The translations under genes and the position numbers were made by a program. 64,000 bases of DNA from Myxococcota bacterium (GTDB lineage: Bacteria; Myxococcota_A; Polyangia; Polyangiales; JANWZI01), in assembly GCA_025054695.1 (NCBI GenBank), contig JANWZI010000006.1, positions 996 through 64,995 of the forward strand. The letters run 5' to 3'. This document shows, in pieces, positions 24,100 to 32,478 of this stretch. The notes below the pieces were generated by a model. It had not been told where the DNA came from and did not search any database. It was given only the letters and a program-made list of their open reading frames with translations. Positions within the stretch are counted from its first letter, which is position 1. Each line of letters begins with the position of its first letter.

Positions 24100-24300
24100 G
24101 GGAGCGACGGGTCACGGACATGCTCTCGGGCTTGTGCACGGGCTCCGGCTGCGGCGCCAACGCGGGGTCGACGCGCGACGCAGGCCCGGATTCGGACTCG
24201 GGCTCCGAATCGGCCTCGGACTTCGGCTCGCACGACGCTCCGGCGTCGCCTCGCCGACGCGATCGAGCCGGGCGTGCGCGGACCGATCAGCGGCAGACGG
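24100..24300. repeat. degenerate copy of the same element family, E7
   Basis: Left arm-like GCGACGGGTCACGGACATGCTC, a short tract GGATTCGGACTCGGGCTCCGAATCGGCCTCGGACTTCGG, module-like CTCGCACGACGCTCCGGCG, and a right end at the GH1 stop (GATCAGCGGCAGACGG). Weaker match. Confidence 0.5.
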
Positions 24301-25951
24301 ACGGCGCGCCGTAGGGCGGCAGCTCGGCGAGCAGGGTCGCCGTCACTCGGCCCTCGCCCAGGATGCGCCGCAGCACGCGCAGGCCGTCGGTTTCGGTGCG
24401 CGTTCGGTCCGGCGATTCGTAATTGACGCGGTACAGACCGAAACGCGGGCAGAAGCCCTCCGACCACTCGAAGTTGTCCATGAGCGTCCAGTGGAAATAG
24501 CCGCGCACGTCGATGCCGTCGGCCATCGCGCGCGCGAGCACGTGCAGGTGCTCGGCGACGAATCGACCGCGGAGCGCTCCGGTCGCGTCGGCGACGCCGT
24601 TCTCGGTGACGTGGATCGGGAGCCGGTAGCGCCGCCACGCCTCCTCGAGCACCACGCGGAAACCTCCCGGGTAGATGCTCCACTCCAGATCGGTGTGGGC
24701 GAGCCCCGTGCGCCGTTCGGTCTCGAGCGGAAGGCCGGGAATCAGATCGGAGAGCGGCACCGACCCGTCGACCAGCGTCAGCGAGTAGTAGTTGATGCCG
24801 AGATAATCGGCGCGCCCGACCAGGGCGGGGTCCGCGCGCACGTCGCCCGGATCGTCGAGATCGCCGTCGCCGTTACCGTCGAGGTCGCCTCGGACGATGG
24901 CGTCGAGCAGCACCCAGTTGTTGAGGTGCTCGAGACGCCGGGCGGCGGTCGCATCCCGGACGCTGCAGGGCCGAAGGCCGTACAGCGGACGCAGATGCTG
25001 GGCCACCGACACCAGGGCCGCTCGGCCATCGCCGTCGGCGTCGACCGTGTCCGCGGCGTGCAGTGCATCGTAGGCGGCGGCGTGCGCGCGGATCAGGTTG
25101 CGCACGACGCGCAGCGGCAGCTCGTCACCGGGCTCGTAGACGATCCCGGGTGGATGGCGCCCCACCAGATATCCGGCCAGCAGGAGCACCATCGGTTCGT
25201 TGAGCGTGACCCACAGGTCGACGTCTGCGCCGAACTGGCGCCCGACGAAGTCGGCCCATCGGCGCAGATCCTCAGGCGCGCGGTCCGACGCGAAGCCCAT
25301 CGCGCGTCGTTCGTCGAGCGGCGCCCGAGGGTCGAGCCACCAGATCGGAGAGACGAAGTGGTGGAGCGTGACCATTAACGTGATGCCGCGAGCCCGCGCG
25401 GCGCGCACGATGTCGCGATAGCGAGCCAGCGCCTCGACGTCCGGTCGCATCGGATCGGCCTCGAAGTCCTCGCGCCTCGGGAAGAGCCTGGCCCACTCGA
25501 TGCTCATCCGATACGCGTTCATCCCTCCCGCGACGAGCAGGTCCATGTCCCGCTCGTAATGGGTCCAGTGGTCGGGGCCGTCGTCGCTGCGATCCCCGCC
25601 GGTGATGCGCCCCTCCATCTGCTCCCAGGCCCACCAGTCGCTCGCGCGGTTGCCGCCCTCGACCTGATGGCCGGCCGTGGCCGCACCCCACAGGAACGCG
25701 GGCAGACCGCCGTCCAGCCGCCCGCCGGACGGAAGCGGAGGGGAGTCCGCACCGAAGTCCGGGTAGAGCAGGGGATAGTCGGGCGTTCCGGTTGGGCAGC
25801 CGGCGTCGGGCGTGGGAGCGTCGGGCTGCGGCGCATCCGTCCCGTCGCCGCCGTCCGTCGCGCGGGGCCCTTCGTCGCCCCCGCATGCGGCGACGAGTAG
25901 GGAAGCGAGGACCGCAGACGGGGCCACCGGGGCGATGAACCACGGGCGCAC
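24287..25951 (-). CDS. glycoside hydrolase family 1 (beta-glucosidase-like), lipoprotein
   Basis: ORF 24287..26620 trimmed to in-frame GTG 25951, giving VRPWFIAPVAPSAVLASLLVAAC/GG (lipobox). GH1 motifs are FLWGAATAGHQVEG, acid/base TLNEP and nucleophile VTENG. The stop lies at the E7 end. Confidence 0.85.
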   Translation of the reverse strand: MRPWFIAPVAPSAVLASLLVAACGGDEGPRATDGGDGTDAPQPDAPTPDAGCPTGTPDYPLLYPDFGADSPPLPSGGRLDGGLPAFLWGAATAGHQVEGGNRASDWWAWEQMEGRITGGDRSDDGPDHWTHYERDMDLLVAGGMNAYRMSIEWARLFPRREDFEADPMRPDVEALARYRDIVRAARARGITLMVTLHHFVSPIWWLDPRAPLDERRAMGFASDRAPEDLRRWADFVGRQFGADVDLWVTLNEPMVLLLAGYLVGRHPPGIVYEPGDELPLRVVRNLIRAHAAAYDALHAADTVDADGDGRAALVSVAQHLRPLYGLRPCSVRDATAARRLEHLNNWVLLDAIVRGDLDGNGDGDLDDPGDVRADPALVGRADYLGINYYSLTLVDGSVPLSDLIPGLPLETERRTGLAHTDLEWSIYPGGFRVVLEEAWRRYRLPIHVTENGVADATGALRGRFVAEHLHVLARAMADGIDVRGYFHWTLMDNFEWSEGFCPRFGLYRVNYESPDRTRTETDGLRVLRRILGEGRVTATLLAELPPYGAPSVCR

Positions 25952-26049
25952 GGTGGCTCCATGCGCGCTCGCCTCGGGCCCGTCAAGGCGGAACGGTTGG
26001 CTGCACGGGTTCGATAAGGCGACCGCCCGCGTGGCTGGAGGGATCGAGG

Positions 26050-27654
26050 ATGGACGCGCTGCTACTGCGCTATCAAGGCAATCCCATTCGTGAATTTCCG
26101 ATCGGCGACCGCGTGCTCGAGATCGGGAGCGGATCGTGCGCGGACGTCGTCGTGCACGACCGGTCCGTTCCAGCGCGCGCGCTGGTCGTGTGGCGTGAGC
26201 AGGGGCTCGTGCGCATCGAGGACGTGCGTGGCGAGCGGCGTTCGGGATCGCGACCGTGGCCGGTCGGAGAGCGCGTCCGACTGGGGACGTTCGAGGTGGA
26301 GCGCGTGGCCGATGTGGCTCCCTCACCCGCGCGCACCCCGTGCACCGAGCCGTTGATCGCCCCGTCGCTGGCGCGCGAGCCGCTGGCGGTCGTCGTCGGT
26401 CGCGGCGCCGAGGCGCGGCGGCGACGTCTCGACGGACGACCGACGTGGGTGGGGACGGCGCCGGACAACGATCTGGTGCTCGTCGATCCGACGGTCTCGG
26501 CGCGCCACTGCCGGTTCGAGATGCTCGAGGGGGCATGGATCGTCCGCGATCTCGGCAGTCGCAACGGCACGTGGGTGGACGGCGTGCGCATCTCGGTCGC
26601 GCGGATCGGCGCGGGGACACGGTTGCGCGTGGGGCGCACGGATCTGTGGATCGTGCCGCGCGGCGAGCCGGGGGACGCTCGGGCGACGGGCCTGGTGGCC
26701 GTCTCGCCGGCCATGCTCGAGCTGCTCGGCGAGGTGGAGCGCCTCGCTCGCTATCGGTGGCCGGTGCTCGTCCTCGGCGAGAGCGGTGCGGGCAAGGAGG
26801 GCATCGCGCGCGCGCTGCACGATCGGGGGCCGCGGGCGAGCGGTCCCTTCGTCGCCGTCAATGCGGGCGGTCTGCCGCGCGAGCTGGTCGAGAGCGAGCT
26901 GTTCGGCCACGAACGGGGCGCGTTCACCGGCGCCGTGGCGGCGCGTCGTGGTGCGTTCGAGCAGGCCGACGGGGGCACGCTGTTCCTCGACGAGATCGGG
27001 GAGCTGTCGATCGAGATGCAGAGCCGGCTGCTTCGCGTCATCGAGACGGGCGAGGTGCGCCGGGTGGGCGCCGAAGCGACCCGGCGCGTCGACGTGCGCC
27101 TGGTGTGCGCCACGCATCGCGACGTGGCCGCCATGGTCGCCTCGGGTGGGTTCCGCCGCGACCTCTACTACCGAATCGCACACGAGGTCGTTCGCGTCCC
27201 GCCGCTGCGCGAGCGCCCCGAGGACGTCGTCCCGCTGGCGGAACACTTCCTCTTGCAGATCCAGGCCGAGGTCGGCCGGCGCGTGCTGGCGCCGCAGGCG
27301 CGGGAGCGCCTTCGCGCACATCGCTGGCCGGGCAACGTCCGCGAGCTGCGCAACGTCGTGTGCGCGGCGGCCGGTGCCGCCGCGAGCGAGGTCGTCGAGG
27401 CGATCGATGTCGAACGGGCGCTCGCGCGCGTCGCCTCGCTCGGCGAGCCGCCGCGTCCCGAGCAGCTGTGGCAGCGGACCGTCGAGCGGTGCGGCGGAAA
27501 CGTCTCGAAGGCGGCTCGCGCCCTCGGACTGCCGCGCTCGACGCTACGGGACCGGCTGCGGCGCGCCGCGGCGCTCGAGCCGGCGTCGGAGGACGCTCCG
27601 CCCGCGCGCCACGACTCGTCCGATGCCGCGGTCCATCGTAAGCCTGCGGCGTGA
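26050..27654 (+). CDS. sigma54-dependent transcriptional activator with two N-terminal FHA domains
   Basis: ORF track. Two FHA-like modules (the second reads VGTAPDNDLVLVDPTVSARHCRF...VRDLGSRNGTWVDG). The AAA+ domain has GESGAGKE, ESELFGHERGAFTGA and LFLDEIGEL. C-terminal Fis-type HTH (GNVSKAARALGLPRSTLRDRL). Confidence 0.9.
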   Translation: MDALLLRYQGNPIREFPIGDRVLEIGSGSCADVVVHDRSVPARALVVWREQGLVRIEDVRGERRSGSRPWPVGERVRLGTFEVERVADVAPSPARTPCTEPLIAPSLAREPLAVVVGRGAEARRRRLDGRPTWVGTAPDNDLVLVDPTVSARHCRFEMLEGAWIVRDLGSRNGTWVDGVRISVARIGAGTRLRVGRTDLWIVPRGEPGDARATGLVAVSPAMLELLGEVERLARYRWPVLVLGESGAGKEGIARALHDRGPRASGPFVAVNAGGLPRELVESELFGHERGAFTGAVAARRGAFEQADGGTLFLDEIGELSIEMQSRLLRVIETGEVRRVGAEATRRVDVRLVCATHRDVAAMVASGGFRRDLYYRIAHEVVRVPPLRERPEDVVPLAEHFLLQIQAEVGRRVLAPQARERLRAHRWPGNVRELRNVVCAAAGAAASEVVEAIDVERALARVASLGEPPRPEQLWQRTVERCGGNVSKAARALGLPRSTLRDRLRRAAALEPASEDAPPARHDSSDAAVHRKPAA

Positions 27655-28322
27655 ACTTCTTCGGTCACGCCGCGATCGCGCGGGAACGCACCGACCGTTC
27701 GGGCGTCGTCTTCGGCGCGATGCTGCCGGATCTGCTCGCGATGGCACGCCTGCGCCCGCTCGATCCGCTCGACGCGGAGATTCGCGAGGGCGTCGCGCTG
27801 CACCATGCGACCGACGAGGCCTTCCACCGAAGCGCGACGTTCCTCGGGCTGTGCAGGGTCGCTCGGGAGCAGCTGCGAGCGTGCGGCATCGACGGCGCCC
27901 CGGCGCGCGCGCTCGCCCACGTAGGCACCGAGCTGTGGCTCGACGCGGTGGCCTTCGAGGAGCACCCGGTGCGGGAGCGCTACGTGCCGGCGCTCGCCCA
28001 CGGACGCGCACTGCTGCGAGCGGGCGCGCTCGGCGAGCCGGGCGCGCTCGCGCCGCTCGAGGCGCTCCTGGAACGGCTCGCACACGCAGGCCTCGACGTC
28101 GTTTCGGCCGAGCCGCGCGCGTTGACCTTGCGACTGTGCTCGGTGCTCGCACGTCGGCCGCGATTGTGGCCCGGCGCACACGTCGTGGATCGCGTCGAGC
28201 GTTTCTGCGCGGCCCACCGCGAAACGGTACGCCGCGCCGCGGCCCTCCTCCTCGACGACGTCCGCCGAGGAATTCAAGCGAGCGCGCAACCGTCAGCGGC
28301 TCCACGAGGCGCCGACCCCTGA
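27651..28322 (+). CDS. hypothetical protein, possibly acyl carrier protein phosphodiesterase (AcpH)-like
   Basis: ORF track. The N-terminus MNFFGHAAIA..GAMLPDLL..HHATDEAFH resembles the AcpH N-terminus MNFLAHLHLA. The GTG start overlaps the upstream TGA (GTGA). The function is tentative. Confidence 0.6.
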   Translation: MNFFGHAAIARERTDRSGVVFGAMLPDLLAMARLRPLDPLDAEIREGVALHHATDEAFHRSATFLGLCRVAREQLRACGIDGAPARALAHVGTELWLDAVAFEEHPVRERYVPALAHGRALLRAGALGEPGALAPLEALLERLAHAGLDVVSAEPRALTLRLCSVLARRPRLWPGAHVVDRVERFCAAHRETVRRAAALLLDDVRRGIQASAQPSAAPRGADP

Positions 28323-28406
28323 CCTAGGCCGAGGTCGAGCCGAAGCGCGGGCTGGAGCGTGGGCTCCGCGGGCCCGCCGGGCCCGCACGTCGACCACGGA
28401 CTACGG
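28317..28406. repeat. minimal, degenerate copy of the same element family, E19
   Basis: Convergent gap. CCCTGACCTAGGCCGAGGTCGAGCCGAAG... then ...GCACGTCGACCACGGACTACGG, which resembles the E5 right arm GCAACGTGACCGCCGCTATCCGG. Both flanking stops (28320-28322 and 28401-28403) lie in the arm-like ends. Confidence 0.35.
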
Positions 28407-29108
28407 ACGGGTGCAGCGCACGCCACGCGGGGGCTGCACGCGGAACAGCGCGTCCGTGGCGGATGGGTTCCACTGCATCTCGCTGAAGTCGAACCGGTTG
28501 CGGTTGCCTTCGGCATCGACGATGAGCACGCGGCGTACGACGCCGGCCGCGCGGCCCTGGTGCTCGGGCACGTACAGCAGGATGCGCTCGAAGTGGGGAC
28601 TCGGCTGGAGCGAGCGCAGTTCGAGCACGAATCCTTCGGGATAGCCGTGCCGCACGCGGTCGAGGAGGCGAAACGAGAAGCTTTGCTCGAGGCGGCCGAC
28701 TCCCGTCAGGAACGAGAACGCCGCCGGGAGCTGGTCCTCGTCGACCTCGGTCTCGACGCAGCTCGCGGCCAGGCCGCCGCTGGCCGGCTCCAAGTAGCGC
28801 AGCAGACGGCCGTCGGACGCGATGACCTTGCCGCGGGGCTCGGCGTAGTCCCAACGCATGCGCCCCGGTTTGACGAAGAGCACCGTGCCGTGGGACCGGC
28901 GGTAGCGGTCGTACAGCCGCTCGTAATAGGTCTGATGGAAGCGCGCGCGTACCCCGCGCGTCTGCTCGTAGAAGGACTGGACCGCTGCGGCGACCTGCCG
29001 GGCGTCGGCTGGGGGCGGCTGCGCGAACGTGCCCGGTGTGCGCGTGGCCAGCACGGCGCCCAGCGCGGCGAGGGCCGCGAGCGTCCCGTGCGTGTGTGCC
29101 AATCGCAT
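28401..29108 (-). CDS. lolA: outer-membrane lipoprotein carrier protein LolA
   Basis: ORF track. Signal peptide, then LolA-like FHQTYY..GTVLFVKPGRMRWDY..VIASDG and LELRSLQPSPHFERILLYV. Confidence 0.8.
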   Translation of the reverse strand: MRLAHTHGTLAALAALGAVLATRTPGTFAQPPPADARQVAAAVQSFYEQTRGVRARFHQTYYERLYDRYRRSHGTVLFVKPGRMRWDYAEPRGKVIASDGRLLRYLEPASGGLAASCVETEVDEDQLPAAFSFLTGVGRLEQSFSFRLLDRVRHGYPEGFVLELRSLQPSPHFERILLYVPEHQGRAAGVVRRVLIVDAEGNRNRFDFSEMQWNPSATDALFRVQPPRGVRCTRP

Positions 29109-29140
29109 CGCCCGATGGACGTCGCTCGAGGCCCGGCGAT

Positions 29141-29482
29141 TCAGCCCGCTCGCTCGGCGGCGCGGGCGACGGCCTCGCGCACGAGCGGTTCGAGCTCGCC
29201 GCTCGTGTACATGTCGCGGACGATGTCACAGCCGCCGACGAACTTGCCGCCGACGTACAGCTGCGGATAGGTGGGCCAGTTGCTGAACTCCTTCATGCCT
29301 TCGCGGACCTGGGGGTCGGCGAGCACGTCGACCGCTTCGAAGTCGACGCCGAGGCGACGCAGGACCTCGACGACCGTCGCGCTGAAGCCGCAACGGGGAA
29401 AGTTCTTGGTGCCCTTCATGAACAGCACGATCGGGTGGGCGTCGATGATCGCCTGCATGCGCGTGCGGAACGCATCGTCCAT
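29141..29482 (-). CDS. grxD: monothiol glutaredoxin (Grx4 family)
   Basis: ORF track. CGFS active site (PRCGFS) and WPTYPQLYVGGKFVGGCDI. Confidence 0.92.
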   Translation of the reverse strand: MDDAFRTRMQAIIDAHPIVLFMKGTKNFPRCGFSATVVEVLRRLGVDFEAVDVLADPQVREGMKEFSNWPTYPQLYVGGKFVGGCDIVRDMYTSGELEPLVREAVARAAERAG

Positions 29483-29485
29483 GGC

Positions 29486-29755
29486 TCACTCCTTCGGGGC
29501 CGGCACCTCGTCGGGGGCCCGCGTCTCCAGGGCGAGCGCGTGAACCGGCCCCCGCATCAGCTCGCCGAGCGCATCGTAAACCATGCGGTGCCGCTCGAGG
29601 CGGCTCTTGCCGCGGAAGGCCGCGGCAACCACCGTCGCGCGGAAGTGGTCTCCGCCTCCGGTCAGATCTTCGACGGCGACGTGCACCACGCCCTCGATGC
29701 CGGCACGCAATCGTGCTTCGAGTCCTGCCGCGTCGACCACGATGGCGACGTTCAT
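29486..29755 (-). CDS. bolA: BolA-family protein
   Basis: ORF track. An 89-aa protein with DLTGGGDHF..FRGKSRLERHRMVY, directly upstream of grxD (the classic BolA-Grx pair). Confidence 0.85.
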   Translation of the reverse strand: MNVAIVVDAAGLEARLRAGIEGVVHVAVEDLTGGGDHFRATVVAAAFRGKSRLERHRMVYDALGELMRGPVHALALETRAPDEVPAPKE

Positions 29756-29849
29756 CGCTAGGACGCCGGGCGAGCGGTGTCAATGGGCTCGGTGTGTCGC
29801 GGGTGCGATGCGATGCGTCGGGCGGAGCACCGGCGCGTCTTGGGCGAGG

Positions 29850-30090
29850 TCCACACCGAGTCGAACGATGCTCCCGGCCACCTCGGAGGTCTCTGGGCTC
29901 GGGTTCGGCCGCGGGCCCCCTCTCGGACTCGGCCACGGACTCTGGCTCGGCCTCGGGCTCAGCCTCGGACTCTGTCTCGGACTCGGACCCGGACTCTATC
30001 TCGGACTCGGGCTCCGACTCGGTCTCGGTCTCGGACACGTTCTCGGTCTCGGGGTCCGACTCGGGCTCGACGTCGGCGCGCGTCAAAGAC
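29850..30090. repeat. hexamer-tract inverted-repeat intergenic element, copy E8
   Basis: 24 in-phase SGNCTC units (29925-30068). The right arm-like CGTCGGCGCGCGTCAAAGAC holds the stop of the CCP-fusion gene (30083-30085). The left arm is poorly conserved. Confidence 0.7.
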
Positions 30091-32446
30091 AGAGCAGGAA
30101 CGCGACCAGGTCCGCGATCTGCGCGGCGTCGAGGTCCGAGGTGCGCCCGTGGCGGTCGTCGCGGTTGCGCGTGACGAGCACCTCTTCGAGCGTGGCGGCC
30201 GATCCGTCGTGCAAGTAAGGGGGGGAGTCCCACACGCCGAGCAACGTCGGCGTGTCGAGCCCGTCGAGCGTGCCGCCGAGGCGGCTTCCGGAGCCGACGG
30301 TCAGCGTGCCCACGTCGTGCAGACGCGGCCTCGCCGGCTCGAGCCAGGCACTGTCCGTCATGCGCGGCGGGGTGTGACAGCCCGTGCAGCGCGCCTCGAA
30401 TAGACGCCGGCCGCGCTCGACCTCGGGTCGTTCGACGCCCGGTGGGCAATGGGGACTGGGCACTGGATGTGTAAGCGAGCTCACATATTCCGCGAGGGCG
30501 TCGAGGTCCGCCGACAGGCCGGCTTTCGGGGCGCCCAGGGGCGAGTCACGACCGCCGGATCGGAACAGGGCATCGTCGAGCAGACCCGTGCCCCCGAACG
30601 CTCCGCGGATGTCGTGCTCGAAGTCCTGCACCTCGTCGAAATTGGCCGACCAGTGGATCGGGCCGTGCGCGGTGCCCCCCCCACCCCGCAGATCGATCGT
30701 GTTGCGCAGGCCCTCGCCCCGATCGGTGAAGTACCAGACGCGCCGGTCCGAGGCGCCGTCGAGATGACAGTGGGCGCACGCGATGTATCCGTCGCGCGCG
30801 ATCCGCCGGTCGGCTGCATCGTTGAACAGTCGTTTGCCGCGCAGCAAAGACGGCGAGAGCGGCTCGTGGGAAGCCACGGGAAGCGTCGCGACGGGCGTAG
30901 GGGGCCTGCTCCAGTCGCCCAGCGCAAAGACGACGAGCCGGCGCGACAGGTAGGCATCGACGAACAGCCACCGGTCGTCCTCGGAGACCGCGACGCCCTG
31001 GGGCGCATGGCCCACGTCGAGGATGCTTCCCGACTGCGTCCAGCGCAGCACGTCGAGCCGCTCGACCGCGCGCATGCCGCGATCGACCACGTACAGCTCG
31101 TCGCCGTGCGCGTTGAGCGCGCCGGCGGCCGCAAAGCCCCGATTGTCGAACTGCTTGCGCAGCTCGAAACGCTCCAGGCCCGTGGCGATGTCGAGCACCG
31201 AGACGACCGCGCGCACGGTGGTCTCGAACGTCAACGGTCGGGGCCCACGGAATCGCCCTTCGCGCAGCGACGCTTGCAACGAGGGCACGTAGAGCGTGCG
31301 GCCGTCGGGCGAGACGAGCAGATCGTTGAGGTAGCTCGGGACGCCTCCGATCTCGGTGTCCGATGCGTCCTGAGGGTCGACGCGCAGCCGCCACAGTTCG
31401 CGCCGCCCGTCGGTGGGGTCGACGACGGCGATCTGGGCACCGTCGTCCGGCGAGCGCCAGCGGGCGACCGCGATGCGTCCGTCGGGAAGCAGTGCCAGTC
31501 CGCGGGCGTCTTCGACGGCCGGCAGCGGTGGGTCGAGGCGAGGGGCGCCCTCGTCGGGCAGATGCAGGCGCGCGATGGCGCCCAGCGCTTGCAGGCTCAC
31601 CCACGCCTCGCGCTCGGAGACGGCGAGCACGCCGAACGGCCTCGAGGCGTGCGGTGCGGCGACGTCGATGCGTCGATCGGGCTGTCCGGGCCACAACACG
31701 CTGACCGCGTTACCGTCCTGGCAGGCGACCACGAGACGAGCCCCGACCACGGCCACGGTGCGTGGATCGGCCGCGGTGGGCTGCCGTTCCTCGACTTCGA
31801 ATCGGCCCTCGTCGTCCCAGCGCACGAGGGTGACTTCCGCGCTGTCGGGGCTGACGACCGCGACGCGACGCTGGCCGGGCCAGACGGCGACGGACGAAGA
31901 GCGCGATGGTCGAAACACGGGCCGGTGTGTCACGCTGACGCTCGTCGCGTCGGAGCGGCGGCGCCCAAGCGCGTCCCGTACTTCGAGCACCGCGGTGTAG
32001 CGGCCGGGCGCGCCGTAGCGGTGACGCGCGGTCGGATCCTCGTCGGCTCGAGGCTCCTGGGTCCCATCTCCGAAGCTCCACCGGAAGGAAACGGCACCGC
32101 GTGACCGGCTGCCGTCGAAGACGACATCGTCCCCGACGAACGCGCGCAGCGCAGGCCCGGCCTCGGCCACGAGGGGCTCGATCGCGCCCTCAGCGGCCGT
32201 GCCGTCGAAAGGAGGCTCGTCGACGGCGCCGTCGGACGCGTCGGCGGATCGTCCGGACCCACCGCACGCGGCGAGGACGACGAACCCCAAGCCGAGCGGA
32301 CCGCTCGCCAGACGACGCGGCCGGCCCCGATCCGTCGCGCGCTGCGAGCCCTGCGCGATTCGAGTGGATGTCTCCTCTCCGTCCGCGACGCGTCGTCGCG
32401 TCTCGCAGCCGCGCGATGCGGCTGGAGTCCTGCGAGCTCGCCGCAC
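30083..32446 (-). CDS. lipoprotein: PKD domain plus beta-propeller-like region plus C-terminal di-haem cytochrome c peroxidase/MauG-like domain
   Basis: Lower part of ORF 30083..33742. Lipobox GFVVLAAC/GG, PKD (FDGSRSRGAVSFRWSFGDG...YTAVLEVRD), two CxxCH motifs (CAHCH, CTGCH) and the CCP hallmark TPTLLGVWDSPPYLHDGS. The start is unresolved; GTG 32446 is the only canonical upstream codon (see findings). Confidence 0.75.
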   Translation of the reverse strand: MRRARRTPAASRGCETRRRVADGEETSTRIAQGSQRATDRGRPRRLASGPLGLGFVVLAACGGSGRSADASDGAVDEPPFDGTAAEGAIEPLVAEAGPALRAFVGDDVVFDGSRSRGAVSFRWSFGDGTQEPRADEDPTARHRYGAPGRYTAVLEVRDALGRRRSDATSVSVTHRPVFRPSRSSSVAVWPGQRRVAVVSPDSAEVTLVRWDDEGRFEVEERQPTAADPRTVAVVGARLVVACQDGNAVSVLWPGQPDRRIDVAAPHASRPFGVLAVSEREAWVSLQALGAIARLHLPDEGAPRLDPPLPAVEDARGLALLPDGRIAVARWRSPDDGAQIAVVDPTDGRRELWRLRVDPQDASDTEIGGVPSYLNDLLVSPDGRTLYVPSLQASLREGRFRGPRPLTFETTVRAVVSVLDIATGLERFELRKQFDNRGFAAAGALNAHGDELYVVDRGMRAVERLDVLRWTQSGSILDVGHAPQGVAVSEDDRWLFVDAYLSRRLVVFALGDWSRPPTPVATLPVASHEPLSPSLLRGKRLFNDAADRRIARDGYIACAHCHLDGASDRRVWYFTDRGEGLRNTIDLRGGGGTAHGPIHWSANFDEVQDFEHDIRGAFGGTGLLDDALFRSGGRDSPLGAPKAGLSADLDALAEYVSSLTHPVPSPHCPPGVERPEVERGRRLFEARCTGCHTPPRMTDSAWLEPARPRLHDVGTLTVGSGSRLGGTLDGLDTPTLLGVWDSPPYLHDGSAATLEEVLVTRNRDDRHGRTSDLDAAQIADLVAFLLCL

Positions 32447-32478
32447 GTCATGGGCCGCTGCGAGTGCGTCGGAGCCGT

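Noticed and set aside
25997-26014. TTGGCTGCACGGGTTCGA upstream of the sigma54 activator gene, considered as a -24/-12 promoter
   Set aside because: The -24 TGGC is present but the -12 element reads TTCG rather than TTGC at the required spacing. This is not enough to call a promoter without a scoring matrix or transcription start data.
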